Source: Convolutriloba macropyga (Eukaryota). From it: DNA of 64,000 bases. A program made the translations under genes and the position numbers. Below the pieces are notes generated by a model. The model worked only from the letters and a program-made list of their open reading frames with translations. It searched no databases and was not told where the DNA came from. The stretch's first letter is position 1; every line of letters starts with the position of its first letter. Below are positions 26,901 to 39,346 of the stretch, piece after piece. Location: the NCBI RefSeq assembly GCF_964194025.1, contig NC_134471.1:63364001-63428000 (forward strand), in the 5' to 3' direction.

Positions 26901-27660
26901 GGTTTTTCATCACTGTAAACAGAAGCCAACCTTAGCTCCAAGATTATGGGCCTAATGCTAGCAAAGTTCAAAATATTTTAAAGTGAAAGATGTCAGTAAA
27001 ATTGAAGTTTTTCTCATTATTTCACTTCACAAAATTTGTTTTTTTTTTCAGGTAAACGCTTTCGATAGTTACATATAATAATTAAATTCATTTATTCTTT
27101 AATTTCATCAATTCTCATCCCAAAGAAGTGCGTTTCTCAATTTGTTGCTTCAAAAGTGTCGAAAACCAATTTCTGACTCAAGTCAAACTTCTGCTGAGAA
27201 GTTGCCTAATTTTTCATTCAAATAAATTTCCCAATATGTTTCCTCACAAATGTTCATATTGGGCTTTGATATTTGTGATCTTTTCTGTTTGTGCCCCCCC
27301 CCCCCCGTAAGTTATGCACCCCCACTTACAGAGCACGTGCCATTACATAGTAAATCATCATGTGAAAATAGCACGTGCGTCTGGGGGTGCCAATAATATG
27401 CGCCCACTGAGCTTGGGGGGGGGGGGGCACAAACGGAAAAGATCCGATATTTGTTTTAGTAGAGGGCAATTTTGCCCTGATAGATTTCCGGTTCTGTGTA
27501 GAAGGGACATTTTCTTCTAATCTTGCTTATTATGGTGTGATCTGTTGAACTTAATACCATGTCTCCAGTATATTATACATATGAAAAATCACCATAGCTA
27601 ATTTTGTCGTGAACGGCTATTAACAGCCATTATTAAAACCACACTACCAAAATTGATAGA
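23500..27660. repeat. Locally triplicated segment (copies ~23500-24500, ~24850-25805, ~26890-27660)
   Basis: Shared GTTGAACTGTGGTTTTTCA, TAGCAAAGTTCAAA, TGAAAGATGTC, GATAGTTACAT, TTTCCG(G/C)TTCTGTG and ATGAAAAATCA blocks in the same order. Confidence 0.85.
27276..27445. mobile_element. ~170-bp MITE with ~30-bp TIRs and 8-9 bp TSD
   Basis: TIRs (T)GATCTTTTCTGTTTGTGCCCCCC / GGGGGGCACAAACGGAAAAGATCC. TSD GATATTTG(T) at 27268 and 27446. Absent from the two paralogous copies of the host repeat. Confidence 0.88.
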
Positions 27661-29000
27661 ATTTGCTCATTGCTTCCTGTCTTCTAATTCCAACTTCTGA
27701 TTAACGGGAAGATTAGTAATAAAGTAAAGTTCAAACTGAAATAATCTGGAGGCAATAAACTGACTGGGAAATACATTAACTACCAAAACAAAGCTGACAA
27801 ATAAATTTAACTGGCTGTCAAACTATCTTTTTATCAACACCAAAATCTATTTACGTTTTTTTCTTGCTGCGTTGCTTTATTACGTTAAATATTAAGCGAT
27901 ATGATAAGCATTTTGTATTATTTTTCAAAATTACTTTTATTTTTCTATTTTGTAGCACGCTTTTTTATCATTTCTTTATTTTTGACCATCACTTCTAGGA
28001 GACAAGCCGTAGATCGACACGTAACAAAACTAGTGCAAAATCAAATTATCAAAAATGGACAAAACTATACAAAGCTCATATTAAACAAACAACTCTGCAC
28101 TAAGATCGAACTCGAATGGTTAATCTTATAAGAACTTCAAATTTCTTTTAAGTTTTTACAAGGCGATACATCGCTTTGCAAAGTTTGCTTCTAAAAAACT
28201 GTACATTCGATAACCCAGTCATTATACCAAGATCTTTTTAGTTAAACAATTTACTTGAAACATATGTTCTCACAAAAGTTCTCGGAACATATGTTTTTAA
28301 GAGATAACCTTTACACCTATACTGTACCAAAAACAAACATTAAAAACGTCGCAATGTATGAGTTGTACACATACTGTACTTATTGAGATACGAAAGGAAT
28401 CAATTGTGCCCCAAACCTTTTCAATGTAAAAAAATTTTCAGCCATGAAAAGTAAACAAAGCGGTTTGCGATCTAGGATTTATTAACCGAAATGCAATTGG
28501 ACTACTGGAAATGACAGAATTTAAAAAAAAAACATTTTTAGTTTAGGTGACATTGTAGTTTGTTATATAAACTGAGCAATTAATTCTTATACGTTTTCTT
28601 TGGTAGATGAAAGTAAGCTTAATTGAATTAATCAATGAGTAGAGCTTCGACAAACGAACTTGCACGAAATATAAATATGAGCTTTCGACTCGCAAGTTGT
28701 AAGAAGTCGACTGTTTGACTTCCAAATTAGTTCACGATAAACATTCTACTTGCAAGTTTCTACAAAGTCATTTTTCCAGGCAAGGTCTTACAAGTCAGCC
28801 AATTGGTTTGCAAGCTGTTAAAAGTTAACCAACTGTTGCAAGAAAAATTTTTTGTACAATATCGGTTGATTGGTTGCATAAATTGGTTCTTACAGGTTTT
28901 TCGGTCTCAACCCAGGCAAATCCAATTTTTTGAACTTCTGAAACTCTTTTACATCACAAAGTCCAGCACCAATTTTTTTTTGAATCCAAAAACAAAAAAG

Positions 29001-29200
29001 NNNNNNNNNNNNNNNNNNNNNNNNNNNNNNNNNNNNNNNNNNNNNNNNNNNNNNNNNNNNNNNNNNNNNNNNNNNNNNNNNNNNNNNNNNNNNNNNNNNN
29101 NNNNNNNNNNNNNNNNNNNNNNNNNNNNNNNNNNNNNNNNNNNNNNNNNNNNNNNNNNNNNNNNNNNNNNNNNNNNNNNNNNNNNNNNNNNNNNNNNNNN
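29001..29200. other. Assembly gap (200 N)
   Basis: Run of N. Confidence 1.
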
Positions 29201-30693
29201 GATTTGACCAACTTTGAAAATGAACAAAAAAGGAAATTAGGGCAAACGCATGACAAGAGGGTAGCCAAACACATTGAGTTTGGATCAGAAAAACACAAGT
29301 TTAAATTTGCTGAAAAAATAAGTCTTTCATCATCATTGTGATACTACTTCATCACTTTTCAAAATAATTTAGGTTATATGTTTTGTGTTCTTCAAAACCT
29401 TTGGTAAACAGAAGTGCGATTTTTCAGTCAAAGTCTTTGTTTCAATTGCTAAGGCAAATTTTTCTAGGTCAATTTCATAGAAACTGAAGAAAGGAGTTGC
29501 CGATTTGAAGGATTCTCAAATCTTCTTCAACAATCAACCAGACGAGCCCTTGGGTACGTACAAGACACCTCCAAAAAACATTCGAAGTTGACTATCCCGA
29601 ACACAAAAGGATCCATTTAAAATTGCAAGATAAACAGTTCACTAGCATTTTAGATTTCAGAGAGAAATTCCTCATATGATAAAGAAAAGTACCGCAGACT
29701 TGAAACTTACAGATATTTACTTCTGGCAGAGAAATTAAGCATTAAAAAATATTTTCAGTTTAACTAAGATAGATTTCAAAAACTTTTAGTCTCTTTGAGC
29801 CTTCTGTCCCATTGAAAGTATTGCTAACTAAAACATCTACGAAAGTTAATTCTCTTAACGAACTTTAGATACAATATAGGACACCGTATAAATCTTAGTA
29901 TGTTTTCAAAGTTTCGTCTAAGGTGGGCAATCTGGGCGTTCAATTTAGGATATCGTTTACATCTTTCAACATAAATTTGAGTTTCATTAATCTATTGTGC
30001 TACATTCTTGCTGGGCAAAAATTTGCATTGTTTTCTACACTGCAAGAAGAGAAGCGCTGACTTTGCGCTCTAATTGTTTCGCTGAAATGCTGAAAGAACT
30101 CTCTGGAACCATGCTGAAAATTATGCTGCTCATAAAAATTTTCCACATTACATGCGTTCTTCAAATGGTCAAAAAATTTTCCAAAAATCATCTAAGAAAT
30201 ACTTACATAATACTGCGGTGATATGTGCTGAAATTTGCCGAAATTATATAAGAAATGCACTGAAACGCGCTAAATTTTCAAAAAAAAATTCAATTATTCT
30301 TCACTTTTCTTGCGTTGACGAATTCTCGAACTATGCTCTAATAAATATTCGTCGTCACTAAATCCCCTTGCCTATGGATTCCAAAAATCTCAGCCTTTAA
30401 AATGATTTTATATTAACAAACCGATTTGTAATAAATGCCTTGAAAATTTCTAAACTTCGCTAAAATTATTTAGTTGAGGCGCTGAAAATTCAGCGCTTCT
30501 CTCACTTAATTTGAGAGAATTTATGCCTTTTTGAAATTTATGCCCATTTGCAGCAAATTTATGCACATATGCGATTTTAGTCCAAATTGCGAATTTATGC
30601 CCATTCGCATAAAATGCGCTGCAAAAACCGCTAAAGGTAATGAAAGAAGTTTAGTGAAAATGAACTGGAAAAATGTTGCGTTGAATATATGTT

Positions 30694-31579
30694 CCCGGGT
30701 CGAGGTGTCACCGCCATTCAACGCAAAATTATGTAAGGTAAGCGGTTAATGCGGATATTTTTGTAAGATAAGCGGTGAATGCGGTGAAATTACATAAATC
30801 AGGCGGTGAATGCGGTGAAAAAAAACTTTAGCGGCTTGTAGCGCTGAAATTACATAATTTAACCGCTGAATTTAGCGGTGAAATTACATAAATTCACCGC
30901 TTCGAAAAAAAGTGTCCAAATTATGTAAGATAAGCGGTGAATGCGGTGAAATTACATAAATTCACCGCTCAACTTAGTGGTGAACTTACATAAATTCACC
31001 GCTGAGAAAAAATTGTTAAAGATGTTTGAGATCAGCAAAGAATGCGGTGAAATTAATGGTGAGTGTGGGAGGAATTGTTAGATTTGCCTTCCCACTAAAA
31101 CTACCCCTTAATCTTACATCTTTTTGACACTTTTTCTAAGCGGTGAATTTATGTAATTTCACCACTAGAGTAAGCGGTGAATTTACAAAAATTCACCACA
31201 TTTCACCGCTAAAATATGTAATTTCACCGCTAAAAATTGCAAATCTTACAAAAATTCACCGCGCATGTTTTGCAGAAAGTAGAGTGAATTCGATTTATAT
31301 TCAAACAAAAAATAATAGAATTTAGTGAGAGATGGCGCAGTGGAAAAAGAAGTGGATGACATGCAGGAGGTGAGAGGTTCGGACCCTTGTAAGGGCGGTG
31401 AAATTACATATTTTAGCGGTGAATTGTGGTGAATTTTTGTAAGATCACCGCTTAGTCTAGCGGTGAACTTACATAATTTCACCGCATTTCACCGCAAAAT
31501 TATGTACGAAATTTGCGGTGAAAAAACTAACTTTTCACCGCTTATCTTACATATTTTTGCATTTCTTTCTCGACCCGGG
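30694..31579. mobile_element. Non-autonomous foldback element with CCCGGGTCGAG TIRs and internal GCGGTGAA/TTCACCGC arrays
   Basis: CCCGGGTCGAG at 30694 and CTCGACCCGGG ending at 31579. Apparently nested in a GCTGAAA/TTCAGCG-motif repeat (~30050-31670). Confidence 0.8.
31325..31395 (+). other. tRNA-like segment (A box/B box) inside the foldback element
   Basis: TGGCGCAGTGG (31333) and GGTTCGGACCC (31376); homologue at 55763-55833. Confidence 0.6.
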
Positions 31580-32129
31580 TTAAAATTTCAAAGTTTCAGC
31601 GCATTCTCAAAATTTCAGCGCATTTGAGTGCCTTAAGCGCAATTTGCACATAATTTCAGCGGGTTCCCTACTCCGAGTGCGCCGAAAGAGCGCCGAGATT
31701 CCCAAACGGGTGAAAATTACCTTTCGAAGATGACCGGAATTAAACAACGACAAGGAGCCACGGTATTGTGCGTTTGCATATTAACTTACGACCCCTCTCA
31801 TTTGCATTGTTGGCATAAAAGTCTAACAAATGATGAACAGATAGAAAACCCCCAAAAAATAGTATTATTCAAAAAAACTTTGTATGAACAAAAAAATCGA
31901 CCCTAACTCAAATAAATCAGTGGAGTAGAAAATTCCGTACTATATTGATGGGATCATCCATTATAAAGAAAAAAAACTAAACAACAATATCAACAAACAA
32001 TAATTACATCCAAAAATTTTTCTGTTTTTTTTTTAAAAAACTTAATAACAAGATCAAAAAAGCGTCAGATAAAACTGAAAATCAAAAAAAAACTTGCATT
32101 TCACTAGCAATTACATGGAATCACTGCAA

Positions 32130-33300
32130 AATAAGGCTCGGTAACAATTAGACGAAACGAACAAAAAACAGCAAAAATATAATGTTGGCTTAAATTTTTG
32201 AAAACAATGAATTTTAAAGTAATGAAATACACCAGATAGCAAGTTAAAAATCTAACATGTTTATGATTACATATACCTATATATGAGGGCATTCAGACCT
32301 GTCATTATTCAATTTTTATGCAGTTACAAAAGGAACAGCAAATAGAGACAACAAAAAAATCAATTAAAATTTGCAAGAAAACGCTGTCGAAGCCGTCAAA
32401 TCTTTTTCTGCACCTGAACTTTTTTTCAATTGAGCCGTTTCCGGACGTTAATAATAATGTCTGTGACCTCTCATTATTCAGAATAGGTAGCAACAAGAAA
32501 AGACAAAGGAATAAATTATGTAATACTTTTTTATGTTTTAAAATAATTATTTTCAAAGTCAAGAAAGCCATTGGTTACAAAATGGCATTAATAAACATGT
32601 TTGTTTTCTCCTCCAAAGGAAGTGCTTGAGACCTGTTATTGTTCAGAATATGTCTTACGTCTACAGAAAAGAACGTCAAGTATAGCGAAAATTCATAAAT
32701 TAGTTTACTTTTTGGGAAAAAAGACCTGTGTCGAAGCCAGTAAAATCATAACGAACGCGTAAAAACATTAGATTTCGTACAATTACACTTTCCCTCTATG
32801 ACAATAGTGTTACACGTGACCTGTAATTAACGAGACCAGGTAACAAATAGACAAAAAAGAACAAAACGGAAACGGGAGTGAGAAATTTTTTTTGAGTTTG
32901 AAAACAATTGTTTTCAAAGTCATGAAAGCCTCGAGCTATCTACAATAATCAGAATACAGGTTCATTCAATCTTCCATTAAAAGTCAATGCAACCTGTCAA
33001 TGTCTAGGATATTGTATACAACTAAAAAACAATTAAAAATGACAGTTAAAGACAAATGTAAAAAATTCAATTAAATTATTCGAGAAAGGGGCTTCGAAGC
33101 CGTTAAAGCCGTAAACTATGACTTTAAAGTCTTTTATTTGTACAATTGTGCCTTGTTTTGATCATCAATATGTGAACTGTCAGAATATGATATTTTGAAA
33201 AAACGAGAAAAAACGTGAAATATGGCCACTGCCTAAAAATACGAAAAAAATATGAAATCTAGTAATATCAAAGCCAGAAAACCCTAACTTAAACCTTAAA
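32130..33300. repeat. Highly degenerate ~170-185 bp tandem repeat relic with alternating A/B units
   Basis: GACCTGTCATTATTC-like anchor at ~32296, 32465, 32630, 32818, 32991. TCGAAGCC and TTTCAAAGTCA alternate every second unit. Confidence 0.55.
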
Positions 33301-34485
33301 ACTGCAAAAAGATTGATTTTATTTCAGTCCAAAGAAGTAGAAGAAGAAAAAAAAGAAGAACTTTTTTCTTTGCTGACACTAAGCTACAAATTGACCAAAT
33401 TAGGAGAGAAATAGTGGCAAGGCTCAATAAGTCCTTGTCTATTCAAAAATCAAAAAATTTTATAAGTCAAAACGACAATAACCTTTCGAGTAAAGAAACT
33501 AAATACATTATTTTGGAACTGAATAGGGAGCCAATTGGATCTATCAACAGTGAACTTTGATCTCAACTGTTCTTTCTTTAATTAACATAAAAAAACGAAT
33601 TTTTTTTAAGGACGACTGATTACAATGCGATTTAATTCTGGATTGTAACAAGATTGGACCAAAACCAGCCTTGCTATCGTTGTTCTTTCAATAAAACCGA
33701 TCAGTTGCTTCGAGTGTTTTGAAGCTAGATAGTTTGTTAGTTAAAAGATCAAAAAAATGCTGCGTTTTTCATAATCATAGAGTAAAATTAGCAAAAATGG
33801 CTAAATCTTAATTCCAGACTATTTTCAATGGGAGTGGAAGTAGAACAAGCTCCCTTTGCGGTTTACAAAGTTTTTTTCCAGTTATTTTTGGGTGCGTAAT
33901 TCCGGCAAATAAAGTCAAAGTGGACAAAATGAGCTTTTATCGTTTGATGAAAAAGGCTGAATTTTGAAATTTTTAGCAAACCTTTTAGTCAAAAAATTAA
34001 ATCAAAGTAGTCATCAATACTTTTTTGTCTTTAAAAGTAAGATCAACAGTACTATTTTAACAATTTTTTAATATCTTAGCCAAAATTGACAAAAGTTCAG
34101 GCAAAATTGTCGGAATATATGAACAAAAGTAAGGCAAATTAATCTAACATTTAAAAAAATTGAAACCACGATAACTGGCTCTATAAAAACGAAATTTAAA
34201 AAACTCTTTTTTCCCATTTCCTACTACTGATGGGTTTTTTAATGATACTAAAACAATACTTATTTATTCTATATTCAAAGAGTTTTCCAATGATATAGCA
34301 CATGTCTTTATCGGAAAAATCAGGAAAAGTTACGGAAAGTGTGAACAAAAATGCCGGATTGATCAAAAGACTTTGGACCTCGATAACTCCTTGTAGAAAA
34401 TAAATTCAAAAAGAAATCTTTAATTCCATATTTTACGATGGACGAGCATTTTTAGTGATGCCTCTGATAACTCTCTATGATGAAT

Positions 34486-34646
34486 AGTAGTATCGTATAT
34501 ATACAGGAAGATCTGGGGGGGGGGGGGTAGATCCTTTCGAAATCCGTTTGGCAAGGGTGGATCCCTGATCCCTTAGGGGACATCTTTTATGTTAAGGAAG
34601 TGGTAATTGCGCTACATGTATTTGTTTGGCGGCTTATTGTTGGTAT
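34486..34646 (+). repeat. Polinton left TIR
   Basis: Reverse complement of 54797-54948 (GATCCCTGATCCCTTAGGGGA, GCTACATGTATTT, GGCGGCTTATTGTTGGTAT); has a poly-G tract not seen on the right. Confidence 0.95.
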
Positions 34647-34872
34647 TGCGCTATCGGAAAGCCATTCCAGTTTCAACATGTCTTTCTTACTTGTGTCAAA
34701 ACCTAGCAAAATAGATTTCAAATTAAGCTAAAATTATACGTTACAACATATTGAATAGAGTTATTATATAAACTGTTATAGATCAGAGAATTAAACACGC
34801 GCAAATGCGTCAAATTGAATAGAAAATAGCGTTTGTCTTGTTAATTAAGAGTCTGATTCTATCGCTTCATAA

Positions 34873-37800
34873 TCAAAAAAATTGGTTATACACTGAACGT
34901 TCTTCATCTATCTCATTTTCGTCGACAGTTTCATCAGAATCAATATCAGTCACTATAATTGCGGCGGTTCTTACAAAACAGAGGTCAGGAATTTCAGCGT
35001 TGTCAGTATTCGATTCGACTGTGGTTTCAACTTCTCTCTGGTTTTCATTTTCTTGCAATTCTCCAGAAGACCAGGAATTCAATGATTCATCATCGAAACT
35101 GTCGTCTTCGTCGGAGAAACGATTGTGGACAATATTTAGGTGATCAAACGGCAGTGTATCAATCCCGTTGTCAAGAATGTATGGTCGAAACCGTTACCGA
35201 CAATTTGTTAATGGTTACAGTATGGAGTTGGTGGCTGCTAGAAGGTATTCTATTATTTTGCGTGCAGATCAAACAACCAGAGGGGAGAGTTTCTTTGAAT
35301 CTGTCATGCGTCAGGTGTCATCGTGCTAACTTTTTGACGCCTTTTGCTGATTATTTCTCCCCGCTATCTAAATTAAAATTTTGAACGCTAGGAACAGTCC
35401 CAACTAACAAGCTGTATATTGATACGTGTGATGAAAACTAACTTACCAATTGCAACTACTGAGTAGAATTTTGGCTTGAAAGCACAAAATTCTTGATTAG
35501 GCACGCTGCCAAATTCGTCCGTAAACTTCAGGACGATAAATTTGCTCATTTTCGAGAAGAGCGGGTGCTGTGGTGGATAGTTGGAGAAGTCAAAATGTTG
35601 CAAAATATGAACTTTTTTTGCGTATATCATCATAAACGTCTATTGTAATGATTCGATACAGCAGTGAATCAGTATCCGAGTAGAGAACTTTGCAATCAAA
35701 ATTTGGCTTCATCAGGGTATAATGGAAATCGAACATGTGTAATTTAGCCAGAACAAGTACAAATGCCACTACAATAGTAGATTAGTTCCAATAAATCCGT
35801 TTTTTGCAATTTTAATTGGAGCCATGCTTTCTCCAAAGATTTGGAACGATTTAAAGAGAAAGTTTTGCGTTCTTTGTAGCACACATTGAGCATTTCGAAC
35901 AAGAACGACTTCATCAAGTTTCCTTTTTGACACTCATGTTTTTCCAAACAATGAATTTTTCAAGCCTTCATAGATCTTTTTGCAAAAAACAGTACTGGCA
36001 GCAATCCGGAGACTAGTATTTAGTTTCATGTAGGGTCGCATTCAGTTGGTTTGCTCAAATTTATTGCTCGATGAAGTTTTTTATGATTTTGAGCCCCATT
36101 GTATTTTAGAATTGTGCCAGCCGATAATGTAGCGTGTGGCGGTTTTTAGGCAAGAGCGTTTGATCGAGATTTGGCGCAGATAACTCTCCAGGTGAGTGCA
36201 TCTGTACCATCAAATTTTTCTGATCAAGAATGTTTGATTTTCAATTTGGATGGCGCCAGAGGGTAATCGTGATGAGCTACATGACTTTAGGGTGGATAAT
36301 CAATATCAATTTCAACGATGTATCCATGCTGTGCCGTTGACGAAATTTTGAGTACTTCATCGAGCGTGATGTGAGCATCTAGCGCAAAATCCTTCAAGGG
36401 CAAATAATCGTTCTGCATTACGCAGCCGAAAACGTTATTTGCGTCTAGCAGCAACGCATATGCAGACGGCTTAGACGCATCATAGTTCGGCAGAGGGCAG
36501 TGTTTGCTTGAAATAATTGTTGTTCACAAATTGAAGACACTCCTCCGCGCATCATGTTCTCTAGAATTTCAAGATATTCTCTCGCGGCGAGCGAATGCAC
36601 GTTGCGTTTGCATAAGTTGAGGAAAGCATCTCCTGATACATTTGATGCTCCAAAGTACTGTGCACAATCTAAGCCGTACGTTTCATAGCAGATATCTCTG
36701 AGAGCCTCAAAGACGCACGCCAGGAGCAAAGTGTCACAGTTTAGATATAGATCGTTGTACTTGCCGATGTTTTGACAATCAATTTTGGAAACACTATTTG
36801 AGCTTGATTGTACTCGGACAGCGAGTACAATCAAGCTTGATGTGATGTACTCGCTGTCCGAGTACAATCAAGCTCAAATAGTACTGTGCACAATCTAAGC
36901 CGTACGTGTCATAGCAGATATCTCTGAGAGCCTCAAAGACGCACGCCAGGAGCAAAGTGTCACAGTTTAGATATAGATCGTTGTACTTGCCGATGTTTTG
37001 ACAATCAATTTTGGAAACACTATTTGAGCTTCATTGTACTCGGACAGCGAGTACACTCATACAGAGAGTGTTCGCTCTCTGTCGGAGTGAACACTCCGAC
37101 AGAGAGTGATATATAGTTTTCTTCAATAGATGGTATAACTTCAAACATAGTTTCCGGCTCAAGACTTTTGCTTTTTGTCAGCCAGACTCTTTCTTCAAAA
37201 ATTTGTTCTGATGTAAGAATAACATTAAAAACTTTATCGGCAGAAGTTGAAAATCGCTTTTGGAGGAAGATTCATACTTAGAGCGTAGAATGTCAAAGCT
37301 ATTGTCAGGCAGATCAGCTACCAAGGACCAAAGAGTGATTAGGGCTTGAAGTTAAACGAGTCAATTAACCTTATGTATTTGAAGATAAGTGCTTGTTGTC
37401 CAGCCTCCGACTCAAAAATTTTTTTGATCACTCCGACAGAGACTGATATATTTTTTTCTTCAGTAGAAGGTATAACTTCAAACTTAGTTTCCGGCTCACA
37501 CTCTGCTAGTGCGATACATATATGATGAATATCATACTTTCTGATATTGTGACCAATCATTGGCGTAAAGTTAGATGTTCTGCAACAAGTATATGCGCTG
37601 CCCTTAGAAAATGGCCATCGTAGTGGCAATGGTCAAGACAAGCTTCCTCATCGTTTATTTCGTTTTCACAGATCCAACATCTCGTGTTAGCACATGCTAG
37701 AAAAGGTCTTCTATAGGGTCCGTAGAAAACTCGTTTTTGGTTTTATATGTCAGTACGCGCAAAGATTTTACAAATTCGTTCAAACAGTTGTCACCTCTTT

Positions 37801-39346
37801 CGAGTTCAAAATAGACAGGAGTTGCTTTACCGTAATCTATTGCTGCTATTGCATAACCACAAGGTCCATCTTTTTCAATTGCTACTGTTTAGGAAGTAGA
37901 GGTTGATGGTTGTGCTGTAGCATTAGGAACAAGGTAAGATTCTGTGTCAAAAAATAGAACAGTAGGAAGAAACCAGCGTTTTTTTCCATTTTCGGAAGTC
38001 TAGGGTGTTGCTTTCTCTTGGCGTTACAATTTCTGCTGCTGCATGTTCGCTGCATGTTTCAACATGGTTTTGATCAGTTTCTCTGTTTGTACATAATGAA
38101 AACAATTTCGAAATAAACACTGAGCTGCACGGTGCGCTATACCTTTGAGATAGTGCGACAAATTGTTCCGAATTTAAGATGAGAACGTAGTTATGGGCAT
38201 TCTTGTCGTGGAGGAGAAGAAGGTCCATTATGGAGGATTTGTTTGGCGCTTTTGAGACCTAAATCATCATCAAACGTGTTCCCTCGATTATTTAAACCAA
38301 ACAGATTCATGAAGACTAATACAATTTTGACATTTTGATTTGTTTAGCGTGAATATTTGATTTTTAGGGATTTTTTTCAACAAACAATTAACGTAAACAT
38401 TGACGCAAACGATGTTGACGTCTTCAAAGTACGGGATCCTTTTTATGGGCATCGGCAACTGATAGTCTCCGACTGGCTGTCGTTCCGCATTCTTGTACGT
38501 ATCTGGATTCGTCTTTTTAATTCTCGATCGACCCTCTGTCAGTAAATTGACTTGATTTTTGATGTGATAAGCAGCAACGAATTGATACAGGAAGCAGTTG
38601 TGGTCAAAATGATTTCATATGTTGAGCAATGAACGGCATCCGTTCAGGAATCCAGGTAGAGCTATATATGAGGATGCATGCACGGAGGCACAGGCGGCTA
38701 TCTTGATTTCCAGTCCGTTTATTTTGCGTAGAAATCATCCACTGTTTTGTGACGAAAACATGAAGAGACTACTCAACATCTTACTCAACATCTTGAAAAA
38801 ATCTTTGTTTGAGAGTCCGTCCAAGTACACTGTAGTCACTTCAGAGCTAGCAGAGATTTCGATAGCTTGTTCCTCGTTGTCACTTTCGTTACTTTCTTTG
38901 TAGAGATCCAAAGACACAACAAACTGAACTTTTTCGGCTGCATTCGAAAATTTGCTGTTTATAAGGTCAGTTATGATGTCTCTATTGTTCAGCAGGAACG
39001 CCATGAGATCTTGGTCGTCCTCCGTTCCATCAATAGTGAAAACTTGAAGTGCACCTTGAACGGCGGACTCTGTTGATCTTCTGCTTGTTTCACTAGTTCT
39101 CGAGGGCAGTCCATGTTGATCTTTATGTGCGTGGCAAAGCGAGCAGCAGAATCAAAGCCAATGTAGCAGTAGAGACAACAGTGTACTAACGGGTTATGTC
39201 GGTTTCCGAAATGTCGTTCGAGAGATCGCAGATCTCTTGAAGTGAAATCACAGTGGTCACAGCGGACACTGGCACCCTGAGTTCATCCAGGTGACAATTG
39301 CGGTTGGTGCGAAATGTGAACTTGGCTTTACAAAATTTGAACTCAT
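34873..39346 (-). pseudogene. Protein-primed family B DNA polymerase (pPolB) with N-terminal C2H2-like fingers, endonuclease-VII-like insert and acidic tail
   Basis: SSYIALP..NCFLY, HNYVLI, CWICENE..LDHCHYDGHFLRAAH, HNIRKYD, LIDSFNF, YNDLYLNCDTLLLACVFE, RGG, LDANNVFG, LYSDTDSL, KFTDE..EFCAFKPKFYS, AKGV, YILDNGIDTLPFDH. Confidence 0.95.
35368..35446 (-). other. 79-bp GT-AG spliceosomal intron in pPolB
   Basis: Donor ATTG|GTAAGT, acceptor TTTTAATTTAG|AT. Removal joins KPKFYSVVAI to DSGEK*SAKGVKK. Confidence 0.85.

Noticed and set aside
28803-29298. ORFs spanning the gap
   Set aside because: Artefacts of translating Ns.
31325-31395. Functional tRNA gene
   Set aside because: A and B boxes are present, but acceptor and anticodon stems do not pair convincingly; treated as tRNA-derived.
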